DNA of 50,671 nucleotides, taken from positions 1-50,671 of the forward strand of contig CAYSSS010000004.1 in assembly GCA_964433975.1 (NCBI GenBank). Reading direction: 5' to 3'. Made by a program: the position numbers and the translations under genes. Positions 37,465 through 46,880 of the stretch are shown here, piece by piece. The notes under the pieces were generated by a model, which worked only from the letters and a program-made list of their open reading frames with translations, did not search any database and had not been told where the DNA came from. Position 1 is the first letter of the stretch, and every line of letters starts with the position of its first letter. The stretch is from an uncultured Planctomycetia bacterium (GTDB taxonomy: Bacteria; Omnitrophota; Gorgyraeia; 2-01-FULL-45-10).

Positions 37465-38428
37465 AGCGCAGATCAAGCGTATACTCGTCATCACACTGAG
37501 CAATATAGGCGATATAATTTTGACGACGCCCGTCATAAGGGCCTTGTCGCAGGAATTTTCCGGTTCGAGGATAGACGTGATGGTAGGCCCAAACGGCAAG
37601 GATATATTCGATAAGGACCCAAGAATATTCAAGCTGGTGGTCTACGACAAGCATATATCGATAGCCGAAAAGCGGAGGTTGCAGCTTAAGTTGAGAAGAT
37701 TGAAATACGATCTCGTGGTCGATCTGAGGAATACGGTCTTTCCGCTTTTGCTGGCACCCAGGTACAGGACCAGCCCGATACAATCTTTCCCAAAGGATGT
37801 GGTGCATAAGAAGGAGAGGCATCTTTACAGGCTTGCTCCGTTCGGGATCGATGGTCTCGGTGAGAGATCGTATATACATATCACCAAAGAGGATGAGGAT
37901 TATGTCGATGATCTCATCAAGGCGAATGCGGTAACCGAGCCCATTGTTATAGTGAGCCCCGGAGCCAAGAGCCATTTGAAGAGATGGGCCATTGAGGGAT
38001 TTGCCGAAGTCTGCGACGGTTTAGCGGGTGAATGCGCCGCAACAATAGTCTTCGTGGGGACCGGTCCGGACAAAGAGATCTCTCTGTCCGTCGCCAGGAA
38101 GATGAAGGGCAAGTATAAGGATTTTGTCGATAAGACCAACATAAGGCAGCTCGCGAGCCTCTTGAAGCGATCAAGCCTTCTTATAACTAATGATAGCGCG
38201 CCGATGCATCTCGGATGCGCCGTCGGTACGAAGGTCCTGGCGATATTTGGCCCGACCGATCCTAAGAAGTACGGGCCTACGGGCGAGTTCGACGCCGTCA
38301 TAAGCAAGAAATTATTCTGCTCGCCGTGCGAAGTTGCAGCATGTAAGTACGGCCACGAATGCATGAAATTGGTATCTGCCGATGAAGTACTCGATAGGGC
38401 TAAGATGATGATCGAGGGTTATGAATAA
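37448..38428 (+). CDS. GT9 glycosyltransferase
   Basis: SNIGD, KRW, NDSAPMHL, IFGPT. Confidence 0.88.
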   Translation: MPVIDKAQIKRILVITLSNIGDIILTTPVIRALSQEFSGSRIDVMVGPNGKDIFDKDPRIFKLVVYDKHISIAEKRRLQLKLRRLKYDLVVDLRNTVFPLLLAPRYRTSPIQSFPKDVVHKKERHLYRLAPFGIDGLGERSYIHITKEDEDYVDDLIKANAVTEPIVIVSPGAKSHLKRWAIEGFAEVCDGLAGECAATIVFVGTGPDKEISLSVARKMKGKYKDFVDKTNIRQLASLLKRSSLLITNDSAPMHLGCAVGTKVLAIFGPTDPKKYGPTGEFDAVISKKLFCSPCEVAACKYGHECMKLVSADEVLDRAKMMIEGYE

Positions 38429-39476
38429 GAAAATAATCATCATCAGGATGGACAGGATCGGGGATGTCGTATTGTCGAGCCCCGCAATAAAGGCGGTACG
38501 AGATGCGTATCCGGATGGCCGCATAGCCGTTCTCGTCAGGCCTTACGCTCGCGGGGTCGTGGACGGCAATCCTTACATCGATGAGGTTATAACCTACGAT
38601 AAGTCAGGTAAGGAGAGGAGCTTGTTAGGAAAGATCAGGTTTATAGCCCGGATCAGGAATAGAAGATTCGATCTGGCCATTATACTCCATCCCAAGAACA
38701 GCTCTCACATAGTTACATATTTGGCGGGAATACCGGAAAGGCTCGGTTATGACAGGAAATTCGGGATCCTCCTTACGAAGAGAGTTCCGCATACAAAACA
38801 GTACGGACTGAAGCACGAGATAGATTACGCTCTCGGCCTTTTGAGATATATAGGCATCGACTCCTCGGATAAGAGGCTTCACGTACCGCTTAGCAGGTTG
38901 AGCGAGGAGAGGATGAAGGAGCTGTTCGATAAGAACGGGATCTCACAGGACGATCTGGTGATCACGGTCCACCCTGCGGCGAGCTGCCGCTCGAGAAGGT
39001 GGGCGCTGGAGCGTTTTGCGAAGACCTCTGACGCCCTTGCCGAAAAGTACGGCGCCAGGATAGTCATAATCTCCGGACCCGGTGACGATAAGATGATAGG
39101 GGATAGGGCCGCCGCGTTGATGAAGTCCAAGGCCTTAAACCTTGCAGGCAAGACTATCGTATCGGATCTTGCCAGCATATTGAGAAGGTCCCGGCTCTTG
39201 ATATCAAATGACTCCGGCCCGGTACATATATCGTGCGCTGTAGGTACACCCGTGATATCGATATTCGGCCGCAAAGACAGGGGCATCTCGCCCGAACGAT
39301 GGAGGCCTTTAGGCGATAGAGATATTGTGCTACATAAAGACGTGGGATGCGATATCTGCCTTGCGCATAACTGCAGGCTCGGATTCAAGTGTCTCGATGC
39401 GATAAGCGTCGAAGAGGTCCTCTTGGCAGCGGATAAGATATTGAAAAATCAAAGTTACTGTGGTAAGATATCGTAA
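38421..39476 (+). CDS. GT9 glycosyltransferase
   Basis: DRIGDV, RRW, NDSGPVH, IFG. Confidence 0.88.
   Translation: MNKKIIIIRMDRIGDVVLSSPAIKAVRDAYPDGRIAVLVRPYARGVVDGNPYIDEVITYDKSGKERSLLGKIRFIARIRNRRFDLAIILHPKNSSHIVTYLAGIPERLGYDRKFGILLTKRVPHTKQYGLKHEIDYALGLLRYIGIDSSDKRLHVPLSRLSEERMKELFDKNGISQDDLVITVHPAASCRSRRWALERFAKTSDALAEKYGARIVIISGPGDDKMIGDRAAALMKSKALNLAGKTIVSDLASILRRSRLLISNDSGPVHISCAVGTPVISIFGRKDRGISPERWRPLGDRDIVLHKDVGCDICLAHNCRLGFKCLDAISVEEVLLAADKILKNQSYCGKIS
39441..39469 (+). promoter_or_regulatory. Internal sigma70-type promoter for the DHS-like/hldA/kds genes
   Basis: TTGAAA, 17 bp, TAAGAT, with an extended -10 TG at 39461-39462. Confidence 0.55.
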
Positions 39477-39495
39477 CCTTAAGGACTATTAGAGT

Positions 39496-40431
39496 ATGAC
39501 AAAGCGTATAGACCTCTCAAAAATCAAGACTATACATCTCGATTCGAGAAAGTGCAAAGTCACCGTTAAGGACTTTGCGTCCCTGCCAAAGAAAGGCTCG
39601 TCGTTTAAGAGTTACTACGACTCTCTTCCTAATATACTCGCGGCCCGGAATTTCAAAGAGACCGTGGACGCTATAGTTTCCGCCGGCGCGAAGAAGAGAA
39701 TGGTGATATTCATGATGGGCGCGCACGTGATAAAGTGCGGGCTGTCGCCGATCGTTATAGACCTGATGAAGAGGGGCATTGTAAAGCATGTTGCCTTGAA
39801 CGGCGCCGGCATAATTCACGACACTGAAGTGTCGATGATAGGCAGGACGAGCGAGGATGTAGGCGAAGGGATAGTCGATGGCTCGTTCGGAATGGCCCAG
39901 GAGACGGCGTCATTCATAAACGGGGCCGTGAACTACGGGTTCAGGAACGGCATAGGTATCGGCGAAGCGGTCGGCTCGCGTATAATGAAGTCTAATTTTT
40001 CGTGCAAAGAGAAGAGCGTTCTCGCTATGGGATACAAGCTGGGAGTGCCCGTTACGGTGCATGTCGCTATAGGTACAGACATAATTCATCAGCACCCGAG
40101 CGCGAACGGCATGGCGATAGGCGAAGGCTCTCTATTGGATTTCAAGACTTTTATTTACAGCGTCTCTAAGCTGGAGAACGGCGTGGCGGTCAACATAGGA
40201 TCCGCCGTTATACTGCCGGAAGTCTTCCTGAAAGCCGTTACGGTGGCGCGCAATCTCGGGTATAAAATTCGTAAATTCACAACAGCGAACTTTGACATGA
40301 TAAGCCATTACAGGCCCCACCAGAACGTAATCTTAAGACCCACCTCTACCGGGGGCAGGGGCTATAACATCACGGGCCATCACGAGCTTATGATACCGCT
40401 TCTTTATCGTTCGATTATAGAAAAGGTTTGA
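39496..40431 (+). CDS. Conserved protein with a deoxyhypusine-synthase-like (DHS/NAD-binding) fold, function unknown
   Basis: GAHVIKCGL, NGAGIIHD, GSFGMA, HVAIGTDI, GSAVILPEVFLKA, GHHEL. Family assignment is from recall only. Confidence 0.65.
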   Translation: MTKRIDLSKIKTIHLDSRKCKVTVKDFASLPKKGSSFKSYYDSLPNILAARNFKETVDAIVSAGAKKRMVIFMMGAHVIKCGLSPIVIDLMKRGIVKHVALNGAGIIHDTEVSMIGRTSEDVGEGIVDGSFGMAQETASFINGAVNYGFRNGIGIGEAVGSRIMKSNFSCKEKSVLAMGYKLGVPVTVHVAIGTDIIHQHPSANGMAIGEGSLLDFKTFIYSVSKLENGVAVNIGSAVILPEVFLKAVTVARNLGYKIRKFTTANFDMISHYRPHQNVILRPTSTGGRGYNITGHHELMIPLLYRSIIEKV

Positions 40432-40433
40432 GC

Positions 40434-41432
40434 ATGAGAAAGAGCGATTTTAATAAACTGAAGAGCATCATAGGGAATTTCGAGAACGCTAAAGTACTGG
40501 TTGTAGGCGATCTTATACTCGACGAATTCATATGGGGCGATGTCTCGCGCATCTCTCCCGAGGCTCCTGTGCCTGTAGTATGGGTCAAGAGAGAGAGTTT
40601 TATGCCGGGCGGCGCCTCGAATGTCGCCAATAATTTAAGCTCTATGGGCGCACGTACATATCTGGCAGGAGTTATAGGGGATGATGAGCGCGGGGCCATA
40701 TTGAAGGGCGAGCTTGAGCAGAAGAATATCGATGTAAGCGGTATCGTGGTGGATGAGTCGCGTCCAACCACGCTGAAGACCCGTGTTGTGGCGCATCACC
40801 AGCAGGTGGTGAGGATCGACAAAGAGAAGGTGGGCGGTTTAAGTGACTATACGATGAAGCGCATAATAAATAATACGAAGAATATAATCGAGAAGATGGA
40901 CGCCGTGATCATAGAAGATTACGGCAAGGGGGTCATTACGCCGAAGCTTTTGAAGGAGATCGTCCCGTTCGCCAAGGCGCGTAGAAAGATAATCTCGGTC
41001 GATCCCAAGGAAGAGCACTTGAGGTACTACAATGGCATAACACTGATAACTCCCAATAACCACGAAGCGTCGAAGGCCGTAGGTTTTGAGATCAAAGACG
41101 CCGTTACGCTCAAGAAAGCCGGAGCGGCTTTGCTGAAGAAGTTTAAATGCAAGATAGCTTTGATAACTCTGGGTGAGAACGGGATGGCGGTCTTCGAAAA
41201 GGACAAACCCATGAAGCATATAGAGACGGTAGCCCAGGACGTATTCGACGTATCGGGCGCGGGCGATACCGTTATAGCCAGCTATACCCTCTCTCTCGCT
41301 TCAGGCGCGAACCCCCTGCAGGCGGCGCATATTTCAAATTGCGCAGGAGGTATAGTCGTAGGCAAAGTGGGCATAGCTGTAGTGACTCCGGAAGAACTTA
41401 TAGATAGGATAAACAGGGAGAGGGTTAAATGA
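40434..41432 (+). CDS. hldA: D-glycero-D-manno-heptose-7-phosphate kinase (RfaE domain I)
   Basis: GDLILD, RISPEAPVP, GGASNVA, DYGKG, DVSGAGDT. Confidence 0.93.
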   Translation: MRKSDFNKLKSIIGNFENAKVLVVGDLILDEFIWGDVSRISPEAPVPVVWVKRESFMPGGASNVANNLSSMGARTYLAGVIGDDERGAILKGELEQKNIDVSGIVVDESRPTTLKTRVVAHHQQVVRIDKEKVGGLSDYTMKRIINNTKNIIEKMDAVIIEDYGKGVITPKLLKEIVPFAKARRKIISVDPKEEHLRYYNGITLITPNNHEASKAVGFEIKDAVTLKKAGAALLKKFKCKIALITLGENGMAVFEKDKPMKHIETVAQDVFDVSGAGDTVIASYTLSLASGANPLQAAHISNCAGGIVVGKVGIAVVTPEELIDRINRERVK

Positions 41433-42175
41433 AAGCAATAGGTGTTATACCGGCACGTTGGGGATCAACGAGATTTGAAGGTAAGGTTCTGGCCGATCTT
41501 TTGGGTAAGCCGGTAGTCCAGCATGTATGGGAGAGCGCCAAGAAGGCCAAGGCGCTCGATGACCTTGTGGTTGCGTGCGATGACGAGAGGATAATGAAGG
41601 TGGTAGAGGGGTTCGGCGGGAAGGCGGTATATACATCCGTTGATCAGCCTTCAGGTACCGACAGGCTGGCCGAAGTAGTTAATCCCATGGATGTCAAGAT
41701 AGTTGTCAATATCCAGGGGGATGAGCCGCTTGTAAAACCCATAATGATAGACAACCTTGTGATGGCCCTTGAAGACGAGAAGATCGCGCAGATGGCCACC
41801 ATGGTAAAGAGAATAGAGGATGACGCCGAGCTCACAAATTCCAATGTAGTCAAAGCCGTATTTGATAAGAACGGGTATGCCATATATTTTTCAAGATATG
41901 CTATACCCTACAACAGGACCAATACGACGGATAAAGAGAAGAAGCCGGTATACTACAAACACATAGGTATGTATGCCTTTACGAAAGATTTCCTCTTTAC
42001 TTTTAGGAACCTGCCGAAATCTTCCCTGGAGAGCGCAGAGAAGCTTGAGCAATTGAGAGTCCTCGAATACGGCTATAAGATAAAAGTTGTCGAGACTAAG
42101 TTTGATACTATAGGGGTCGATACGCACGATGATCTTATGAGAGTGAAAGAGATGATGCTTTCGGAGAGGCAGTAA
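41429..42175 (+). CDS. kdsB: CMP-Kdo synthetase
   Basis: IPARWGSTRFEGK, SGTDR, NIQGDEP, YFSR, EKLEQLR. Confidence 0.97.
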   Translation: MKAIGVIPARWGSTRFEGKVLADLLGKPVVQHVWESAKKAKALDDLVVACDDERIMKVVEGFGGKAVYTSVDQPSGTDRLAEVVNPMDVKIVVNIQGDEPLVKPIMIDNLVMALEDEKIAQMATMVKRIEDDAELTNSNVVKAVFDKNGYAIYFSRYAIPYNRTNTTDKEKKPVYYKHIGMYAFTKDFLFTFRNLPKSSLESAEKLEQLRVLEYGYKIKVVETKFDTIGVDTHDDLMRVKEMMLSERQ

Positions 42176-42182
42176 AAATACT

Positions 42183-43019
42183 ATGCCAGCGACAAGAGAG
42201 GTCAGAATAGGAAGCGTCAAGTTAGGGGCCGATAATCCTTTCGTGCTTATAGCCGGGCCGTGCTCGATAGAGTCCGAGCAGAGCGCCTTGCGCCACGCCA
42301 GGGCTTTGAAGGATATCACCAGGCGCCTTGGCGTCTCATTCGTTTATAAGGCGAGTTATGACAAGGCCAACCGCACCTCAATAGATTCTTTTCGCGGCCC
42401 GGGGCTAAAGAAGGGCCTTAAGATATTGAAGAGTATAAGAGAGAAGCTGGGCATCCCGGTACTATCGGATGTCCACTGTAAGAAAGATGTGAGAGAGGCC
42501 GCCAAAGTACTCGATATGATCCAGATACCCGCCTTCCTCTCAAGGCAGACCGATCTTATCGTTGCCGCCGCGGAGACGGGTAAGGCAGTGAACGTAAAGA
42601 AAGGGCAATTCCTGGCGCCCTGGGATATGCGCCACATAATCAAGAAGATAGAGGCATCTGGAAATAAGAATATAGTGCTTACCGAGAGAGGCACCAGCTT
42701 CGGTTACAATAATCTCGTGAGCGATTTCAGGTCCGTTCTTATCATGAAGGACCTCGGTTATCCGGTCGTATACGATGCTACCCATTCCGTGCAGATGCCC
42801 GGAGGCCTGGGTGACAGGTCAGGCGGAGAAAAACGTTTTATTCCATATCTTTCCATGGCGGCTGTTGCCTGCGGCGTCAACGGGATTTTCGTGGAAGTTC
42901 ACGAGGATCCGGAAAAGGCGTTGAGCGACGGGCCGAACATGATCAAGCTGGATGAGCTGGAAGCCATGTTGATGAAATTAAAGAGGGTAGAGAGGGCCTG
43001 CCAAACGTCCGGCAGGTAA
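42183..43019 (+). CDS. kdsA: Kdo-8-phosphate synthase (metal-dependent type)
   Basis: AGPCSIE, KASYDKANRTS, QIPAFLSRQTD, KKGQF, DATHSVQ, SDG. Confidence 0.97.
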   Translation: MPATREVRIGSVKLGADNPFVLIAGPCSIESEQSALRHARALKDITRRLGVSFVYKASYDKANRTSIDSFRGPGLKKGLKILKSIREKLGIPVLSDVHCKKDVREAAKVLDMIQIPAFLSRQTDLIVAAAETGKAVNVKKGQFLAPWDMRHIIKKIEASGNKNIVLTERGTSFGYNNLVSDFRSVLIMKDLGYPVVYDATHSVQMPGGLGDRSGGEKRFIPYLSMAAVACGVNGIFVEVHEDPEKALSDGPNMIKLDELEAMLMKLKRVERACQTSGR

Positions 43020-43030
43020 ATGGTGTAGCG

Positions 43031-43990
43031 ATGTCCTTAGAGACAGCAAAGAGAGTTTTACGGATCGAGCGGGACGCTCTCTCCAGCCTGATAAAGAGGA
43101 TAGACTCGAATTTCGGGAGAGCGGTAAACGCCATCTATAATATAAAGGGAAGAGTCGTAGTTACCGGCATGGGTAAACCCGGTTTTATCGCGCAGAAGAT
43201 ATCGGCCACGCTCTCTTCTACCGGAACACCATCTCTATATCTGCATCCCGCAGAGGCTTTACACGGGGACCTCGGCAGGGTTACAAAAGACGACCTTATA
43301 CTCGCTCTTTCCAACAGCGGCGAGACGGAAGAGGTGGTGAAGTTACTGCCCATAGTTAGAAAGATCGGGGCTAAGCTTATGGCCATGGTAGGGAATAGAT
43401 ACTCAACCCTGGCCAGGAACGCGGATTACATAATAAACACGTCGGTGAAAAGAGAGGCGTGTTCGCTAGGTCTTGCTCCGACGACTTCAACGACCGCGAT
43501 GCTGGCGATGGGAGATGCCCTCGCCGTGGCATTATTGGACAAAAAGGGCTTTAAGGCCAAGGACTTTGCTCTCTTTCATCCGGGCGGCATACTCGGGAAG
43601 CGCCTGATACTGAGAGTGGAAGATATAATGAGAAAAGGCAGGGACAGCCCCATAGTGAATGAAGGTTTTACGGTTAAGAAGGTGCTGCTTGCGATAACGA
43701 AGGCGCGCGCAGGAAGCGCCAGCGTTGTGAACGCCAAGGGGAAACTCACAGGCATATTTACGGACGGTGACTTAAGGCGCCATCTGGAGTCAGAGCCGGA
43801 CCTGATAAATAAAAGAGTTAAATATTTCATGACCAAAAACCCTACTACCATAAAGAAGGAGAGATTGGCCGCGGAGGCTTTCGACATACTCCGTTCGAAA
43901 AAGATAGACGAGATACCGGTGGTCGACGACCGGAAGAGGCCCGTCGGTCTACTTGATGTACAGGATCTATTGAAGGCGGGGCTCGTATGA
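43031..43990 (+). CDS. kdsD: Arabinose-5-phosphate isomerase (SIS + CBS domains)
   Basis: GMGK, EALHGDLG, SNSGET, APTTST, FHPGG, GIFTDGDLRR. Confidence 0.96.
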   Translation: MSLETAKRVLRIERDALSSLIKRIDSNFGRAVNAIYNIKGRVVVTGMGKPGFIAQKISATLSSTGTPSLYLHPAEALHGDLGRVTKDDLILALSNSGETEEVVKLLPIVRKIGAKLMAMVGNRYSTLARNADYIINTSVKREACSLGLAPTTSTTAMLAMGDALAVALLDKKGFKAKDFALFHPGGILGKRLILRVEDIMRKGRDSPIVNEGFTVKKVLLAITKARAGSASVVNAKGKLTGIFTDGDLRRHLESEPDLINKRVKYFMTKNPTTIKKERLAAEAFDILRSKKIDEIPVVDDRKRPVGLLDVQDLLKAGLV

Positions 43991-44517
43991 TAAGCAGCGA
44001 GACAGTAGAAAGAGCCCGGCGCGTAAAATTGCTGATAACGGATATCGACGGCGTTATGACCGATGGGCGTATCGTCTACAGCGTTTACGGAGATGAACTG
44101 AAATTCTTCGACGTGACTGACGGGTTCGGAATATCGCTTCTACATAGAGTCGGCATAAAGACGGTGATAATCACCGCAAAGAAGTCACGCATTGTAAAGC
44201 TTCGCGCCAGGGATCTGAAAGTCGCAAAGGCCTATGCGGGTTTTATTGATAAGCGCATTCCTTTTGAAGATGTGCTTAAACGTTTCAAGATTCCTGAGGA
44301 CGAGATCTGTTTCATAGGCGATGACCTGATAGATATACCTATCCTGAATAGAGTCGGGTTCGCAGTCTCGGTCCCGAACGGTATGGAAGAAGTCAAGCTG
44401 ATAGCCCACCATGTCACCGCCAAACCCGGCGGCCGCGGGGCTGTGCGCGAGATCTGCGAGCTCATCCTCAAGTCCCAGAACAAATGGGACGAAGCAACTT
44501 CCAGATACTTCAAGTAA
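43987..44517 (+). CDS. kdsC: Kdo-8-phosphate phosphatase (HAD family)
   Basis: DIDGVMTDG, GDDLID, GGRGAVRE. Confidence 0.95.
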   Translation: MISSETVERARRVKLLITDIDGVMTDGRIVYSVYGDELKFFDVTDGFGISLLHRVGIKTVIITAKKSRIVKLRARDLKVAKAYAGFIDKRIPFEDVLKRFKIPEDEICFIGDDLIDIPILNRVGFAVSVPNGMEEVKLIAHHVTAKPGGRGAVREICELILKSQNKWDEATSRYFK

Positions 44518-44543
44518 TACCCCTTAATTAATATTTTACTCCA

Positions 44544-44730
44544 GGCAGGCATCGACCTCGCGGGGCGTGCCTTTCGCGGACATAAATTTGGATTGGGCAT
44601 CCAAATTTATTCGGACAAAATTTGATAAAATTTTAACTTCTTTCAGGAATTTAAAATTTTTTCTGTATCGCCATGAGGTATCAAATTTTTTAACGCCGCT
44701 TCAGGCACCACCCCGCGAGGTCTGCCTGCC
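44544..44730 (+). repeat. Structured dispersed element, copy C (187 nt)
   Basis: Terminal stem GGCAGGCA..GACCTCGCGGGG / CCCCGCGAGGTC-TGCCTGCC. Shares TTTAACTTCTTTCAGGAATTTAAA and TAACGCCGCTTCAGGC with copy A. Confidence 0.85.
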
Positions 44731-44745
44731 ATAACCTCTATGGAA

Positions 44746-45127
44746 GCGGGCCACCGGGTATTCCGCCTGCGCCTGTCAGCGCTACAGGGCTTTGTGAGCG
44801 GCCATTAGAAATTTTTTGGCACATTGTATATGGCTAGTCGGTGTGCAAGGATTTACGTTGAGCGAATGCAGGAACTGACCGACCAACGCCCATACCGATA
44901 CAGGAACACCTTGAAACTGTATGGGCTTAAGGGAGGGAATTCCTGCAAATTCGCGAAACGTAAACCGCAGCACACGGCAAAAAATTTCGCATATACTCGC
45001 TTGGAGAAATCCCCGAGCGAACCAAATGCGGAATTTCCATACCGGTGAGCGAGGGAAATTTCAGGCCGCGAACAAAGACCTGGAGTGATGGCAGGGGGAT
45101 GTCAGTGCACACTTTGGCGGCCTCCGC
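44746..45127 (+). ncRNA. Candidate ~380-nt highly structured RNA of unknown family
   Basis: Long nested stems with G-U pairs on the + strand and two tandem GA/GA internal loops; no credible ORF. Confidence 0.5.
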
Positions 45128-45134
45128 AACAATC

Positions 45135-45163
45135 TTGACAAGCATACAGTAGTATTATATAGT
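45135..45163 (+). promoter_or_regulatory. Sigma70-type promoter of the lpxL-lptC/A-lptB unit
   Basis: TTGACA (45135-45140), 17 bp, TATAGT (45158-45163). Confidence 0.75.
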
Positions 45164-45173
45164 TATATGGCAT

Positions 45174-46067
45174 ATGAAGTATAAATACAGGAGGTACTTC
45201 CTCTATTACCTCGGAAGAGCTGCCGCATTTTTAGTATATCTGCTGCCCACTAGGGTAGCTTCAGCGATTGCCGCGTTTTTTGGCAGGTGCGCTTTTTATA
45301 TTCTTCCCGAATATAGAGATATAGCGATAGATAACCTTACTCACGCATTCGGCAGTGAAAAGAGCCCGGGCCAGATCAGGCGCATTGCCGGAAAAGTATT
45401 TGAAAACCTCGGCAGGAACGCGGCCGAGCTGATAAATTTTCCCAAGATAAATAAGGAAAATATAGACCGTTTTATAAAGATAGAAGGCATCGACGTCGTC
45501 GACGGTTCTTTCGCAAGGGGCAAAGGTACGATAATACTTGCATCCCACTTTGGTAACTGGGAGCTTCTCGGCCTGACATTTCGCGTTAAAGGTTATCCGG
45601 GTTCAACCATAGGCAGGAAGATATATTTCTATAAGTACGACAATTGGTTGAATAGCCTGAGGAGAGAACAGGATATCAATGTTATATACCGCGATGAATC
45701 CCCCAGAAAGATGCTGAAAGTATTAAAAGAGAACAAGATACTCGGCATAGTCGCAGATCAGGATGTTGATTCCGTAGAAAGCGTCTTTGTGAATTTTTTC
45801 GGACGGCCGGCCTTTACACCGGTAGGACCGGTTGTGCTGGCGCGTGCAACCGGAGCGAGCCTTGTGCCGACTTTTGTTATACGAGAGGGCGGCCACCACC
45901 GTTTTATAATAGAAAAACCGATAGAATTGGTCGATACCGGAAACAAAGAGGCCGATATAGTGACCAACACCCAGAGATGGTCGGATGTTATAGAATCTTA
46001 TATCAGGAAGTATCCAGAGCAGTGGGTCTGGATACACAAGAGATGGAAGACAAAGAAAGTCAATTGA
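45174..46067 (+). CDS. lpxL: Lipid A late acyltransferase (LpxL/HtrB family)
   Basis: HFGNWE, ADQD, FFG, PEQWVWIHKRWK. Confidence 0.9.
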   Translation: MKYKYRRYFLYYLGRAAAFLVYLLPTRVASAIAAFFGRCAFYILPEYRDIAIDNLTHAFGSEKSPGQIRRIAGKVFENLGRNAAELINFPKINKENIDRFIKIEGIDVVDGSFARGKGTIILASHFGNWELLGLTFRVKGYPGSTIGRKIYFYKYDNWLNSLRREQDINVIYRDESPRKMLKVLKENKILGIVADQDVDSVESVFVNFFGRPAFTPVGPVVLARATGASLVPTFVIREGGHHRFIIEKPIELVDTGNKEADIVTNTQRWSDVIESYIRKYPEQWVWIHKRWKTKKVN

Positions 46068-46879
46068 GATCTAATAGGTACTTTACATATATATTTCTGA
46101 TGATGGCGCTCATCGTAACGGGCTGCGGAAAGAAAGAGCCGCCGAAGGTCGATCCCGTAACGACCGTTGAGCCTAAGGGGAGAGATCAGGCCAAGAAAGA
46201 GCAGTCTGAAAGCATTGAACACAATGTTCTGTCGTTCAATCTCGAGGGCATGACCGAAAAAGGCGAGAAGAAGTGGGAGGTGATAGGCAGGACGGCCAAA
46301 TCGATATCGGAGAACGAGATCAAGCTCGAAGATATAGTCGCAAAGACCTATGGTAGCGAAGAGGCCGTAATTACGGCCGACGAAGGGGTCTATGATAAAT
46401 CAAAGAATAATGTCAGGCTCCAGAAGAACGTTGTGGCGACTATTGAAAACGCGGGTTCGACATTGAAGGAGCAGATGGGTTTCTCGCCGCTCCCGGAAGG
46501 CTCGGCAAAGAGCGGTGGCGCCAAGGATGCGGCGTCGAAGCCTAAAGAGAAGAAAAGAATAGTGATAACATGCGACGGCGAGGTTGAATTCGACTATGCC
46601 AAGAATCTGGCGTACTTTAAGGATAATGTAAAGGTCAAGAGCGCCGACGGCGATATAGACGCTGACAAGATAACCGTCAACCTGGATCCCGGCACAAAGA
46701 AGATAAACGATATAGTAGCGGAGGGCCATGTGAAGATAACCCAGCGTGATAATGTCGCTTACGGCGATAATGCGAAATACAATGAAGCGGAGAAGAAGGT
46801 TTCTATAAGCGGAAACCCTAAGATAATTATCGCCCAGGAGGGCGATAGCGTAATAGAGGACGCTTTCCCGGGGAGATGA
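46064..46879 (+). CDS. LptC-like + LptA/OstA-like fusion with lipoprotein signal
   Basis: LIVTG-C lipobox; two beta-jellyroll-like repeats (ADEGVYD..VRLQKNV and ADKI..IVAEGHVKI..SGNPKI) joined by a low-complexity linker; directly upstream of lptB. Confidence 0.75.
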   Translation: MRSNRYFTYIFLMMALIVTGCGKKEPPKVDPVTTVEPKGRDQAKKEQSESIEHNVLSFNLEGMTEKGEKKWEVIGRTAKSISENEIKLEDIVAKTYGSEEAVITADEGVYDKSKNNVRLQKNVVATIENAGSTLKEQMGFSPLPEGSAKSGGAKDAASKPKEKKRIVITCDGEVEFDYAKNLAYFKDNVKVKSADGDIDADKITVNLDPGTKKINDIVAEGHVKITQRDNVAYGDNAKYNEAEKKVSISGNPKIIIAQEGDSVIEDAFPGR

Positions 46880-46880
46880 T

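Noticed and set aside
44746-45127. Identification as 6S RNA, tmRNA or SRP RNA, and ORFs 44782-44973, 44824-45048, 44927-45145
   Set aside because: About twice the length of 6S, with no tRNA-like ends or tag peptide and no SRP domain IV motif seen. The ORFs lack an RBS and recognisable motifs.
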